Below, piece by piece: positions 1 through 8,946 of a stretch of 64,000 nt of DNA. The stretch comes from Candidatus Jorgensenbacteria bacterium (GTDB lineage: Bacteria; Patescibacteriota; Minisyncoccia; UBA6257; GWB1-50-10), in contig JAUSHK010000003.1 of assembly GCA_030648515.1 (NCBI GenBank), positions 44,710 through 108,709 on the forward strand. The letters run 5' to 3'. The position numbers and the translations under genes are program-made. Each line of letters begins with the position of its first letter. Positions within the stretch are counted from its first letter, which is position 1. The notes under the pieces are model-generated. The model saw only the letters and a program-made list of their open reading frames with translations. It did no database searches and had not been told where the DNA came from.

Positions 1-46
1 GAAATCAAAGTTTATATACGAATTCATATAGCTGTAGTATTATACC

Positions 47-2581
47 CTACTGCCTTGCTTCTTTCCTCCACGTAAATTCCTCGCCTGAAACTGAAAGAAT
101 AAGCGTATCTCCACGGCCCACTTCTTTTCGTAAAATCTTTTCCGCAAGCACGCCGCGGATTTTTTCGGAAATCATCTGCCGCAGGGGGCGCGCGCCGAAT
201 ACGGGGCTGTATCCGAGCTCAGCGATTTTTTTCTGCGCGGTGTCTTCCACCTGCAACTCAATGCCGTGTGTGTCGCGAAGCAAACCAGCAACTTCATCTA
301 TAAGAAATCCGGTAACAATGTAAATTTCTTCAAGTTTCAGGTTGCGGAATACAATGACATTAGAAAAACGGTTTAAAAGCTCCGGCTTGAAGTAGTCAGT
401 GAGTTTTTTCTTGAGCTCTTCCCCTATCGCTTCAATTTGCCGCCCCTTCTCAACTTCTGTTTTTATGAACTCCGAGTGCGCGTTTGATGTCGCAATAATA
501 ATCGTGTTTTCAAAATTAACCGTGCGACCAAGACCATCCGTAAGCCGCCCATCGTCAAATACCTGTAAAAACAAATTTAAAATATCTGGATGTGCTTTTT
601 CAAATTCATCCAAAAGCACCAAACTGTACGGGTTCGCGAGAATCGCGTCGGTTAATGCGCCGGTCCTCTCCCCGTCCGGCGTGCCGATAAATTGGAAAAT
701 GCTCTGTTTGTCCTGATACTCTGACATATCAAACCGCTTCATTGCGTCACGGGTGCCAAATTGCGCCTCGGCTAAAATTTTTGCTAACTCGGTTTTCCCG
801 ACGCCAGTCGGCCCGACAAATAGAAATGTCGCAATCGGCCCGCCGCGGCGCGAGAGCCCGCTCCGATATTCACGCAACGCGCTTGAAACCGCCGCGACGG
901 CAGCATTTTGGTTCACAAGCCGCTTATGGATAATGTTTTCAAGGTTAAGAAGTTTTTCCGTTTCCACTTCGCCGGCCTGCTGGATGGGAATCTTGCTCTG
1001 CCCCTCGGCGATTTCCGCAACAATGTCGTAACTAACCGCGTCAAGTTTCCGTTCGCGCGCGACCGCGAATGCTTGTTTCAGTAAATCAACCGCGCTTCCC
1101 GGCAGAAGCTTCTGCGTAAAATAGCGGTGACCAATAGTAACCGCGCCGCGAACCGCCTGAAGCGTGGCAAAAATTCCGGATTGCCGCTCAAGCAAGAGAG
1201 CAGTGTAGATTAAAAACCTAGTTGCCTCTTCCTCTGAAATTTCATCAACGCGCACAACTTGAAACTGGTCAAGAAAATCGCTCCGCGGCTCTATATATTG
1301 TTTGAACTCGCGCGGATACGTTTCGCAAATCGTCGGTATCGCCTCTGATTTTATAACAGGCAGAAGAACATCAATGGCGTTTATACCCTTTGCCTGCGCG
1401 GTGCGGAAAAGATTATGGGCGTCGGGAATAAAAAGGACGATGTTTTGCGCGAGGAGTATTTCTTCAACGATTTTGCGCAGCCGCCCAGCCAAAATTTCGG
1501 GCGTTGCCTCCGCGATAAGTTCGCCGACATCAAGCGAGACGAGCCGCTTATCAAAAAGAATCGGCGGCACGAGGTCTTTCGTTATATTAAACGCAAGGTG
1601 TGCAATGATGGTGGATTTTCCCGCGCCCGGCTCTCCAACTAGAAGCGCGTTTGGTTTCCCAATCCGCGAGATTACATGCACGAGCGTGTCATACTCTTTT
1701 TTGTGCCCGATTAAAAATCCCGTTTTCTCCTCGCGCGCGAGGTCAGTGAGGTCGGTGCTATAGGAGTCCAAAATCGGCGTGGGGCGCGACGTCCACGCGC
1801 GGTTAATAATGCGGTGGCGCAAGAACCGCGGCCGGTGTGCGAAGCCGCCTAGAACCACCGGGATTCTCTTAAGCCACGAGAGTGTTCCGCTCCAGCGCGC
1901 AAAAATAATCGCCGCTTGCGCTTCCTCAAATGATAAGTTAATCACCTCAAAATATTTCCGCGCCGCCGGGTCCGCTGCCGCAAAAAGCGCGGCAAATATA
2001 TTGCGCGGTTCAATATAGCGCTCTCCGGATGCTTGCGCGCTTCGGAATGCCCCGCGCATTAAAATTTCCGCGTGCACTAAAAGTTCCTCGCGCGGACGCT
2101 TGCCCGCCCGTAGCCCGGCGGAGGAGGGGTTGCTCCGCGGAATATCATTTTCGTACGCATCGAGCTTTTCAAGTAGTTCTCCACTCGCGCGTCCGAGCCG
2201 CCGCACCGCGATTTTAATGCCATGTTGGGAAATAAGCCCGCGGAAAAGCGAGAGGTAAAAATTATCGCCGTGAAAAAGCGACTTTCGGAACGCTCTGCTT
2301 ATGTATCGGTATCCGCGCGGCGTGAGTGCGAGCGCGACATTCCCGTCGCCCTGATCAACTTCAATAAGTGTCCGTTCCGCTTCCCCGAAATGAAGTGCGC
2401 GGTCAGCAAGAAAAAGCAGAAGTAAAACCCCTAAGCCCTCCGAAACCGCGTTGCCAAATACAAAAAGAGCAAACGCGCAAAACGGCGCAAGTACATAAAA
2501 CGCGCAGGTTATGAAATTCAGAAAAATTTCTCCTGAGCGGGAAATGAGAAGCCGTGGTTCGCGAAATAAATAATCTTTCAT
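47..2581 (-). CDS. ClpC-type two-NBD AAA+ chaperone ATPase (Clp/Hsp100 family) with unusual hydrophobic N-terminal extension
   Basis: Two Walker A motifs (GEPGAGKST, GPTGVGKTE), Clp_N-like repeat, short middle domain, C-terminal ClpB_D2-small-like region; first ~60 aa hydrophobic. Confidence 0.8.
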   Translation of the reverse strand: MKDYLFREPRLLISRSGEIFLNFITCAFYVLAPFCAFALFVFGNAVSEGLGVLLLLFLADRALHFGEAERTLIEVDQGDGNVALALTPRGYRYISRAFRKSLFHGDNFYLSLFRGLISQHGIKIAVRRLGRASGELLEKLDAYENDIPRSNPSSAGLRAGKRPREELLVHAEILMRGAFRSAQASGERYIEPRNIFAALFAAADPAARKYFEVINLSFEEAQAAIIFARWSGTLSWLKRIPVVLGGFAHRPRFLRHRIINRAWTSRPTPILDSYSTDLTDLAREEKTGFLIGHKKEYDTLVHVISRIGKPNALLVGEPGAGKSTIIAHLAFNITKDLVPPILFDKRLVSLDVGELIAEATPEILAGRLRKIVEEILLAQNIVLFIPDAHNLFRTAQAKGINAIDVLLPVIKSEAIPTICETYPREFKQYIEPRSDFLDQFQVVRVDEISEEEATRFLIYTALLLERQSGIFATLQAVRGAVTIGHRYFTQKLLPGSAVDLLKQAFAVARERKLDAVSYDIVAEIAEGQSKIPIQQAGEVETEKLLNLENIIHKRLVNQNAAVAAVSSALREYRSGLSRRGGPIATFLFVGPTGVGKTELAKILAEAQFGTRDAMKRFDMSEYQDKQSIFQFIGTPDGERTGALTDAILANPYSLVLLDEFEKAHPDILNLFLQVFDDGRLTDGLGRTVNFENTIIIATSNAHSEFIKTEVEKGRQIEAIGEELKKKLTDYFKPELLNRFSNVIVFRNLKLEEIYIVTGFLIDEVAGLLRDTHGIELQVEDTAQKKIAELGYSPVFGARPLRQMISEKIRGVLAEKILRKEVGRGDTLILSVSGEEFTWRKEARQ

Positions 2582-2590
2582 AATATATCG

Positions 2591-2938
2591 TTATAAATAT
2601 CCGAGAAACGGACGCAGAAGCAGGTAGGGCGGAATGGCAATCCAGACAAGGTAACAAAAAACAGCAAACACAAATACTACTGCGTATACAACGGACGCGA
2701 TAATGAGCCGGAAAAAACGGAATATAAATCCAAGCACGTACCCCGTGATCGTGTAATCACCGTAAAGCGGATGAAATAAAAACCGCGCGGTTACTTTCCA
2801 CGCGAAATGCCGATCAAGCGCCTGAAGCATATCAATTATGAAGTTTGAATATATTCGCACGCTCTTTACATACCAATGGCGGAAAAACTCCGCGATGCGG
2901 TAGAGGGAGCGCTGTCCCAGGTATGTAAGCGTTAGCAT
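2591..2938 (-). CDS. hypothetical small polytopic membrane protein
   Basis: 115-aa ORF, C-terminal half strongly hydrophobic, immediately upstream and co-directional with Clp gene. Confidence 0.4.
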   Translation of the reverse strand: MLTLTYLGQRSLYRIAEFFRHWYVKSVRIYSNFIIDMLQALDRHFAWKVTARFLFHPLYGDYTITGYVLGFIFRFFRLIIASVVYAVVFVFAVFCYLVWIAIPPYLLLRPFLGYL

Positions 2939-2978
2939 TGCTTCAATTATACCTCTTATAATGGGGAGATGTTAATCA

Positions 2979-3085
2979 ATTTCTAATATCTAATTTCTAA
3001 TGTCTAATGAAAATTAAAATGTCTAATGTTTAAACACCCGAAGGGCTTATTAGAAATTAGTAATTAGGTATTAGGTATTTTTATA
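2979..3085. repeat. inverted arrays of CTAAT / ATTAG pentamer repeats (contains AGTAATTAG) flanking a GC hairpin
   Basis: ttctaatatctaatttctaatgtctaatg .. cacccgaagggc .. ttagaaattagtaattaggtattagg. Confidence 0.5.
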
Positions 3086-3776
3086 AGAGCCGCTCTTGCT
3101 CCTGTTCCAATTCCTTGTTTTGTTCCTTGCTAAGTTCCTTGTGCGGCTCTTCGTGAATATGCGGCGCGGCGACAAGCGCATCATATCGCTTGATAATCGC
3201 CGGAAGTTTCTTGAAACTTCCCTTAAGCGCTTCAAGCGTTCCGGTCCCGCGCAGCGCCGCCGCGGGGTGAAATAGTGGGACAATAAGTTTGTCTTTTATT
3301 CGGAACACTTTCCCTTGGTCGCGCGAGATTTTCGCGTCCGGAAGAAAATAGTTCATTGAAAATCTGCCGAGTGGCGCAATTATTTTCGGGTTGATAATTC
3401 GTATCTGTTCTTTCAAATATGGCTTGTACGCCTCAATCTCCTCAGGCAATGGGTCTCGGTTTTCAGGAGGCCTGCGCTTCACAATGTTTGTAATGTAAAC
3501 ATCCTCGCGTTTCCACCCAACCATAATAATGAGCTTGTCCAAAAGCTGTCCCGCTCGCCCAACAAACGGCCGTTTCAGCTGGTCTTCGTGAAACCCGGGC
3601 GCTTCGCCTATAAACATCACATCGCAGTTGATATTCCCCTCCCCAAACACAAGGTTTCCTTCCCGCAACGGAAGATTTTTGTCCTCCACTATTCTTTTTT
3701 CCAAATCTAGAAGAGCTGCTTGTTTTTCCATAAGTGCCCTTATCCAAAGCTTCTCATAACATTGTAAAAACGGCAA
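3081..3776 (-). CDS. uracil-DNA glycosylase, family 4
   Basis: GEAPGFHED..VGRAGQLL motif typical of family-4 UDG. Confidence 0.8.
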   Translation of the reverse strand: MPFLQCYEKLWIRALMEKQAALLDLEKRIVEDKNLPLREGNLVFGEGNINCDVMFIGEAPGFHEDQLKRPFVGRAGQLLDKLIIMVGWKREDVYITNIVKRRPPENRDPLPEEIEAYKPYLKEQIRIINPKIIAPLGRFSMNYFLPDAKISRDQGKVFRIKDKLIVPLFHPAAALRGTGTLEALKGSFKKLPAIIKRYDALVAAPHIHEEPHKELSKEQNKELEQEQERLL

Positions 3777-3866
3777 ATTCTTAAGAAAGTGAGAAAATCA
3801 ATGGAAAAGATTCAAGCTTTTTAGAAAGATAAAAAAATACCTTACCCTCTAAACAAAGTTTAGATA

Positions 3867-4213
3867 TTATTTATTATCATTGTTGATTTTAGTAGAAACA
3901 TCCGGAAATGGATCATTCTCCAAAGCTGGAGTGAAACATCTACACTCAGAGCACATGTCTTTTATTTCATCCGAACTTCTATTATAGCCACAGTTTGGAC
4001 AAAATTCTTTTATATTTTCTTCTTCTATGTTCTTTACTTTAAATCTGCTTCCGATTCTTCTTTTGCGTCTTCTTCAATAATATAGCCACCACAACTAATA
4101 CAAGTCTCGCCAGTGTTATGAGGAATACTTCCTTTTCTTATCTTTTTAGCAATTTCATTATTTTCACAACCAGAACACTTGCACCAATAAACTTTATTAT
4201 TCTTACTATTCAT
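3867..4213 (-). CDS. two tandem Cys4 zinc-ribbon mini-ORFs (or one frameshifted zinc-ribbon gene); first ORF ~59 aa from ATG at 4213
   Basis: Manual translation of minus strand: MNSKNNKVYWCKCSGC..CISCGG then second unit ..CPNCGYNRSSDEIKDMCSECRC; below ORF-track size cutoff; sequence display gap in line 4021 limits certainty. Confidence 0.35.
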
Positions 4214-4226
4214 AGTTTGACAATTA

Positions 4227-5372
4227 TTAATTTACTACTATTTCAATTAATTCGCCATCTACTGGTGCTATAAAAGGATCTAAGCGAGTATTGTTGCTTG
4301 GATTTGCTTGCAGGACAGACTCAGGTGTTCTTATCTCTGTAATATCAAACTGTTCTACCTGATAGAAGATGCTTGTTGTTGTCGCGGTATAAAGTCCCCT
4401 TCTCACTGTCATAACAGTAAAATAATTATCACCCTCTTCTAAAAATCTAGGAAAGCGCCCGCCAACAGTAGGGCCAATTTCAAATTGATACCTTGTTTGA
4501 CCTCCTTCATCGTAGTTATTTGCGGTTCCGCAAATGTTATTGAGTAATCCGCCAGAATAACTGACTTTCAAAAAACACCCGTTCCCAACTAAAAATACTG
4601 TTTGGGGCGCCCCTATAAAACCATTACTTGACTTTGGTGGGTGTTTGATAGAAAAAGTAATTTTTATTGGTTCTATGTCTATGCCCAATACTTTCATTTT
4701 AAACTTCGCTATGGTAAACGCTTCGGTGTCGTTATAAGCTGATGTTTTTTTAGGAGAATCTGGAGAAAGTGAGAGGATAACGGTAGGAATAGTTGGCGTA
4801 GTTACGGTTGGCCGTATCGTCACAACTGAACCCTGAACTGAGGGTGGAAGATTATCTGATACTTGTTGTGATGATATAACACTTTGTTGAGTCTGATGTT
4901 GCGCTAATGGTTGGCTTTCTGAATCATTTTTGTATTGAAGAGAAGTAATTTGTTGTCGTAACAGCCGAACTTGTTCTAAAAGCGCAGCAAGTTGCTGTTG
5001 TGTTGAATTTTGACGAGTAGGGACTATTGAAGTAGATCTAGTTTCACTAATGGCTTGGTTTTGAGCTTGATTTATTATTGTGCCAAGTTTTACATTCACA
5101 ACCGCTCTTGTTTTCGGTCCAAAATACCCAGCAGAAGGAATAATCCCTTCTCTTTCTTGAAAGTTCTTTACAGCAGTAAGTGTGAGAGAAAAGAAATTGC
5201 CCGTGATTGGACCGGAGTATATACCTTGATTAGTAAGAAATTCTTGAAGCTCGATCACGTCATCTCCCCGAGAACCGTAGGATAAATCACTCTCAAACGC
5301 CGCGAGTGTTAAAAACGGCGGTAGAAAAAATATAGTAGCCAAGAGGGTATATATAAGCGATTTTAGAATCAT
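4227..5372 (-). CDS. secreted peptidoglycan-binding (PG_binding_1-like) domain protein with Q-rich linker
   Basis: N-terminal signal/TM, GDDVIELQEFLTNQGIYSGPITGNF..AVKNFQ motif, low-complexity Q-rich middle. Confidence 0.5.
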   Translation of the reverse strand: MILKSLIYTLLATIFFLPPFLTLAAFESDLSYGSRGDDVIELQEFLTNQGIYSGPITGNFFSLTLTAVKNFQEREGIIPSAGYFGPKTRAVVNVKLGTIINQAQNQAISETRSTSIVPTRQNSTQQQLAALLEQVRLLRQQITSLQYKNDSESQPLAQHQTQQSVISSQQVSDNLPPSVQGSVVTIRPTVTTPTIPTVILSLSPDSPKKTSAYNDTEAFTIAKFKMKVLGIDIEPIKITFSIKHPPKSSNGFIGAPQTVFLVGNGCFLKVSYSGGLLNNICGTANNYDEGGQTRYQFEIGPTVGGRFPRFLEEGDNYFTVMTVRRGLYTATTTSIFYQVEQFDITEIRTPESVLQANPSNNTRLDPFIAPVDGELIEIVVN

Positions 5373-5460
5373 GTATTTATTAGATACCTATGATACAGAA
5401 AAATCAATGGAATAGGAAAAGTATTTACAAGCTAGATATTGTACCTAATTAGTAAACAAG

Positions 5461-5532
5461 TCCCCTCGTGAGGAATCGAACCTCAATTTCCAGCTTCGGA
5501 GGCCAGCGTCCTATCCGTTGAACGACGAGGGG
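5461..5532 (-). tRNA. tRNA-Arg (anticodon CCG)
   Basis: 72-nt cloverleaf folded by hand: acceptor CCCCTCG/CGAGGGG, D-loop with GG, anticodon loop CTCCGAA, T-loop TTCGATT, discriminator A; CCA not encoded. Confidence 0.75.
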
Positions 5533-5584
5533 GGAAGTAACAGTTTCATCTTATACCCAGTGCATTAAAAACGGCAATCATCCG

Positions 5585-5619
5585 TTATTAGTTATAGGTT
5601 ATTTGTTATCAGTTATTCC
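5585..5619. repeat. five tandem 7-mers TTATNNG spanning ligase-gene stop
   Basis: ttattag ttatagg ttatttg ttatcag ttattcc. Confidence 0.5.
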
Positions 5620-6915
5620 TAAAACAAGCCCAACCGAGAGCCACAACATCAATTGCCCTGCTGGCAAATCCCACGGAAAGTGGTCTACAAGTCCGAATAA
5701 GAGTGATACTGCAAGCATGCCGAGCGCAATTGCGCCTTCTGGGCCTCGTAAAAGATTTTTTCCATACCTGAATAACATCAAACCAAGAAGCGCGAGAAAG
5801 GCGAGAATTCCCTGAATACCTGTTTCTGACGCGATGAGAATATAGATATTGTGCACTGGTTGCCACAGCCAATCATGCGTAAGCCCTCTCGCCTGATACA
5901 GCCCTTCTTGAACGCTTGTAAGCTCCTGATCCCCGATTCCCACGCCCCACGGATATTTCAAAATAAGCTCCGCCCCGATTTTATTGTACGTAATCCGGTC
6001 ATTCACAGAACCTTCTCCGGGCGCAAAGCCAGCGCGAGGAATAATCGCCCAGGAAAAGATAGTGAGTAGTAAGTAGGTTGTAGTGAGTAGAACAAACAAG
6101 AGACCGAGAGTGGGACGGCGATACTCTTTATGAAAAAATCCCCACACGAGAACAAGAAGAGTGACGAGCGACGCGGTAATCCACCCGGAGCGGGAAAAAG
6201 AAACAATAAGGCCGATGCATACCGCAAATATGCCGAGAACGGAGTATATGCGGAGCGCAATGTGCTTTGCGCCCCATCCCTTGCTTGTGAGATAAAGGTA
6301 GAAGAAACACAAAAGCCCGATGACGAGAAACGCGGCAAAAATGTTCGCGTGCGACATTGTGCCAATGGCGCGCAAGTATTTTTCTCCCTCAAGCGTCATG
6401 CGCCCAACATTCGGCGTTGTCGCGTTAATTACTGATTCTCCCAAAAGCCGCAACCCGACGCTTTTCCCGTATAAAAATTGAGAAAAGCCGATGAACGCTT
6501 GAAAAATTGCGGAAGCGCTGATTGAAAAACAAATCCACCTGAAAAATTTCTGGTCGCGATGTATAAGTGTGCCAGCCACGAGCGCGAGAAGGATATAGAG
6601 TCCGAGCCGGAGCACGCGATATGCCGCAAGCCACGGGGTAAGGGCAAAAACAACCGAGAGCACCGCAAAAATCCAAAACGCGAGTGAAACTTTTTTGATT
6701 GTGGGTGGTATGCTGTAAAACCGCTGTCCTAAAAAGAAAAACAATACAAGGGATACGAGAAGCAAAATATCTGTGCCGTAGAGAAAAATAGCGTGATATT
6801 CATCAACAACGGGCGCGAATGAATATAAAAATTTCTTTGTCCCAAACGGAATTGCAAACGTGAGACAAATGAGTAACGCGCGAACATTGTTTTCGTAGCC
6901 CCGCAAAAAGTTCAT
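5599..6915 (-). CDS. O-antigen ligase/Wzy_C-like polytopic membrane protein
   Basis: 438 aa, ~10 hydrophobic helices with large loop; family assignment by overall architecture only. Confidence 0.45.
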   Translation of the reverse strand: MNFLRGYENNVRALLICLTFAIPFGTKKFLYSFAPVVDEYHAIFLYGTDILLLVSLVLFFFLGQRFYSIPPTIKKVSLAFWIFAVLSVVFALTPWLAAYRVLRLGLYILLALVAGTLIHRDQKFFRWICFSISASAIFQAFIGFSQFLYGKSVGLRLLGESVINATTPNVGRMTLEGEKYLRAIGTMSHANIFAAFLVIGLLCFFYLYLTSKGWGAKHIALRIYSVLGIFAVCIGLIVSFSRSGWITASLVTLLVLVWGFFHKEYRRPTLGLLFVLLTTTYLLLTIFSWAIIPRAGFAPGEGSVNDRITYNKIGAELILKYPWGVGIGDQELTSVQEGLYQARGLTHDWLWQPVHNIYILIASETGIQGILAFLALLGLMLFRYGKNLLRGPEGAIALGMLAVSLLFGLVDHFPWDLPAGQLMLWLSVGLVLGITDNK

Positions 6916-8027
6916 AAAATGCCCAAAAAGCTTACGACCTCATACCCGAGCGCGATTAAGAAAATCACATAGAGCAACGAGCTCCACCCGCGCCATGGAT
7001 TTTTTGGGAAAGCGCTCCTCCATATCCAGACAATAAAAATCCCCTCAAGCGCAAGGAACACACTTCCGATAAAACTCACCATCGGAAGAAACTCGCGAAA
7101 ACCGATCGCATAAAGAACGAGCGGGATAATAAGAACAACTAAGGCGCTTAAAATCCGCGAGCGACGAAGGTCGATGTGCAAAATATCGCGGACATTAATT
7201 CCGATTACAAAATACGAGGTCCATAACGTCACAAACCCTAAGATTCCTAAAAGAGACTGGGTTGCGCGCGGAAGCATATTGAGGCTATTAAGCGCCTCGG
7301 GGCCGGCAAACGGGTTGAGGCGCAAAACGCCCATGATAAACAGGAAATAAACAACGGCGGAAATCGCGGTACCCCAAAAGACAGAACTAAAGAGCGAAAA
7401 CCCGCGGCCGGCGGCTTTTGCTTTTCTATGTTCCTCTAAAACCGCCGAGAGCGCGGGGCGGCCGCTCAGGGCAAAAAGAAGCGGTCCAAACGGCAGAAAA
7501 AATGCCGTCAAATCAAACGTTTCAAAAAGCGGTGCCTCAAAGGGACGATGCAGTGAAAGTATAAAAATAAAAACGACAATGCCCGCGATGCTCAAAACTC
7601 CCAGGGCCTCGGCCCACCCAAGCCACTTGAGCCGCATGAAAATAAAAACGGATCCGAGAAACCAGAATGCGACGAGAGCGAATGTAAAATTTGCGGGCGC
7701 AACAATATTCCAGAATACCGGCGCGAGAACAAGATACGTTGCGAGCACGAAAAAGAGTTCAATGAATATGGAGCATGACGCGATGCTCCGTATTCCCCAC
7801 GGCAAATATTTTTTAGCAAGATAAAAAAACTGATGCTCTCCTTTGTTTGCTTCAAGCACGCGCGCGTACATGGCATGAACCGCAATATAGACGATTGTAA
7901 AAAGTGCGAGATATACCGTGCCAGTTGCAAACCCAACCACACGAAAGATGAACGGTAAAGAAAAAATGCCCGCGCCAATAATAGTACCCGCGAGCAAGCT
8001 CGTCGATCTAATAAAATATGTATTCAT
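6912..8027 (-). CDS. amino-acid permease-like polytopic membrane protein (HAAAP/TyrP-like N-terminal GTIIGAGIFSLP motif)
   Basis: 371 aa, 10-11 TM helices, N-terminal motif resembling aromatic amino-acid permeases; 4-nt overlap with upstream gene. Confidence 0.45.
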   Translation of the reverse strand: MNTYFIRSTSLLAGTIIGAGIFSLPFIFRVVGFATGTVYLALFTIVYIAVHAMYARVLEANKGEHQFFYLAKKYLPWGIRSIASCSIFIELFFVLATYLVLAPVFWNIVAPANFTFALVAFWFLGSVFIFMRLKWLGWAEALGVLSIAGIVVFIFILSLHRPFEAPLFETFDLTAFFLPFGPLLFALSGRPALSAVLEEHRKAKAAGRGFSLFSSVFWGTAISAVVYFLFIMGVLRLNPFAGPEALNSLNMLPRATQSLLGILGFVTLWTSYFVIGINVRDILHIDLRRSRILSALVVLIIPLVLYAIGFREFLPMVSFIGSVFLALEGIFIVWIWRSAFPKNPWRGWSSLLYVIFLIALGYEVVSFLGIL

Positions 8028-8032
8028 ATCCC

Positions 8033-8290
8033 CTACTCTATGGGATAAACCTCGTCGCCCTCGCGCACCTTCTCACTAACTTTTATACCGACCTCCTGCC
8101 CTTTCTTGGCCGCAGTTATGTCCTTGTGGTCGTATTGCATTGATTGTATCGTCTCGTCAAAATCAGTCGTCGCTCCCTGAAAATGAACTTTGGTTCCGGC
8201 AGCCATAGACATATTAAATTTTACTATCGCTACACTGAGACCGCCGAAGAAGTGCGTTACTACTCCGATTGGTTTTTTTTCTTTTGGCAT
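8033..8290 (-). CDS. small hypothetical protein, translation-factor domain-II-like beta-barrel
   Basis: 85 aa; G.V.HFF..V..V...G..V.F.G....V.SMQ...I..A..GQEVGIKV...VREGDEV pattern. Confidence 0.3.
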   Translation of the reverse strand: MPKEKKPIGVVTHFFGGLSVAIVKFNMSMAAGTKVHFQGATTDFDETIQSMQYDHKDITAAKKGQEVGIKVSEKVREGDEVYPIE

Positions 8291-8304
8291 AATAAATACT
8301 TTTC

Positions 8305-8946
8305 TTAAAGCACTCGACCTTTAGACTCATGCTTCCTCTCTTCTTCTTTTTCGATGATTGCAATAAGTTTGTCAAGCAGGTCCGACGGGTCCCGCGAAAA
8401 CACCACCTTACGGAATCCCTGGTAGGATTTTTCAAGAATTTCGCGGATCATGTCCGCCGTACCGCCCGTTCCCTCAAGGACGCCAATCGGTTTTTGGTTT
8501 TCAAAATTAATTGTGAACTCGTTTAGACTCCCCGTCCGCCCGCAAACCAAAACCATACCGTCCCCGGCGTTTGTAAGTATAAGATTTCTGCCAACATAAT
8601 TTGCTCCGGTAAAAATAATGGTGTCGTGATAATCCGTTGGTAGTTGATATGTTTTGACGTGCGCCACCCTGGACTCGGCTGGAGAAAATCCGATAACCAT
8701 TCCGCCTTCGTTGTGCGCGCCCTTCGCCGCCCAATACGGAATCCCCGTCGTCGCGCCTGTTAAAAGTATAAGGTTCCGATGTGCGACTTCTTTTCCTATA
8801 TCCTCCGCTTTCCGGACGGCATCCCGCGAGCAGTGCCCGGTTTCGGCCGCTCCAGAAATGGAAATTTTGTACGCGAGCTTCATGCCGACCTTACGCTGTT
8901 TTTTTGGAACCGGAGAATCTTTTTTCATACGTGTTATATCGTTCAT
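8305..8946 (-). CDS. LOG/SLOG (TIGR00725-like) Rossmann-fold nucleotide-binding protein
   Basis: ILLTGATTGIPYWAAKGAHNEGG and VLVCGRTGSLNEF motifs resembling LOG-family PGGxGTxxE. Confidence 0.5.
   Translation of the reverse strand: MNDITRMKKDSPVPKKQRKVGMKLAYKISISGAAETGHCSRDAVRKAEDIGKEVAHRNLILLTGATTGIPYWAAKGAHNEGGMVIGFSPAESRVAHVKTYQLPTDYHDTIIFTGANYVGRNLILTNAGDGMVLVCGRTGSLNEFTINFENQKPIGVLEGTGGTADMIREILEKSYQGFRKVVFSRDPSDLLDKLIAIIEKEEERKHESKGRVL

Noticed and set aside
399-2425. Plus-strand ORFs (399..716, 753..1031, 1302..1763, 1779..2018, 2222..2425 etc.) inside the Clp gene
   Set aside because: Antisense to a strongly supported 844-aa Clp ATPase ORF. Low-complexity Arg/Ser-rich translations typical of spurious antisense frames.
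2979-3085. CTAAT/ATTAG repeat arrays considered as a mini CRISPR array
   Set aside because: Units are 5-9 nt with 1-4 nt gaps, no 20-40-nt spacers, and no cas genes. Better explained as a regulatory or repeat motif.
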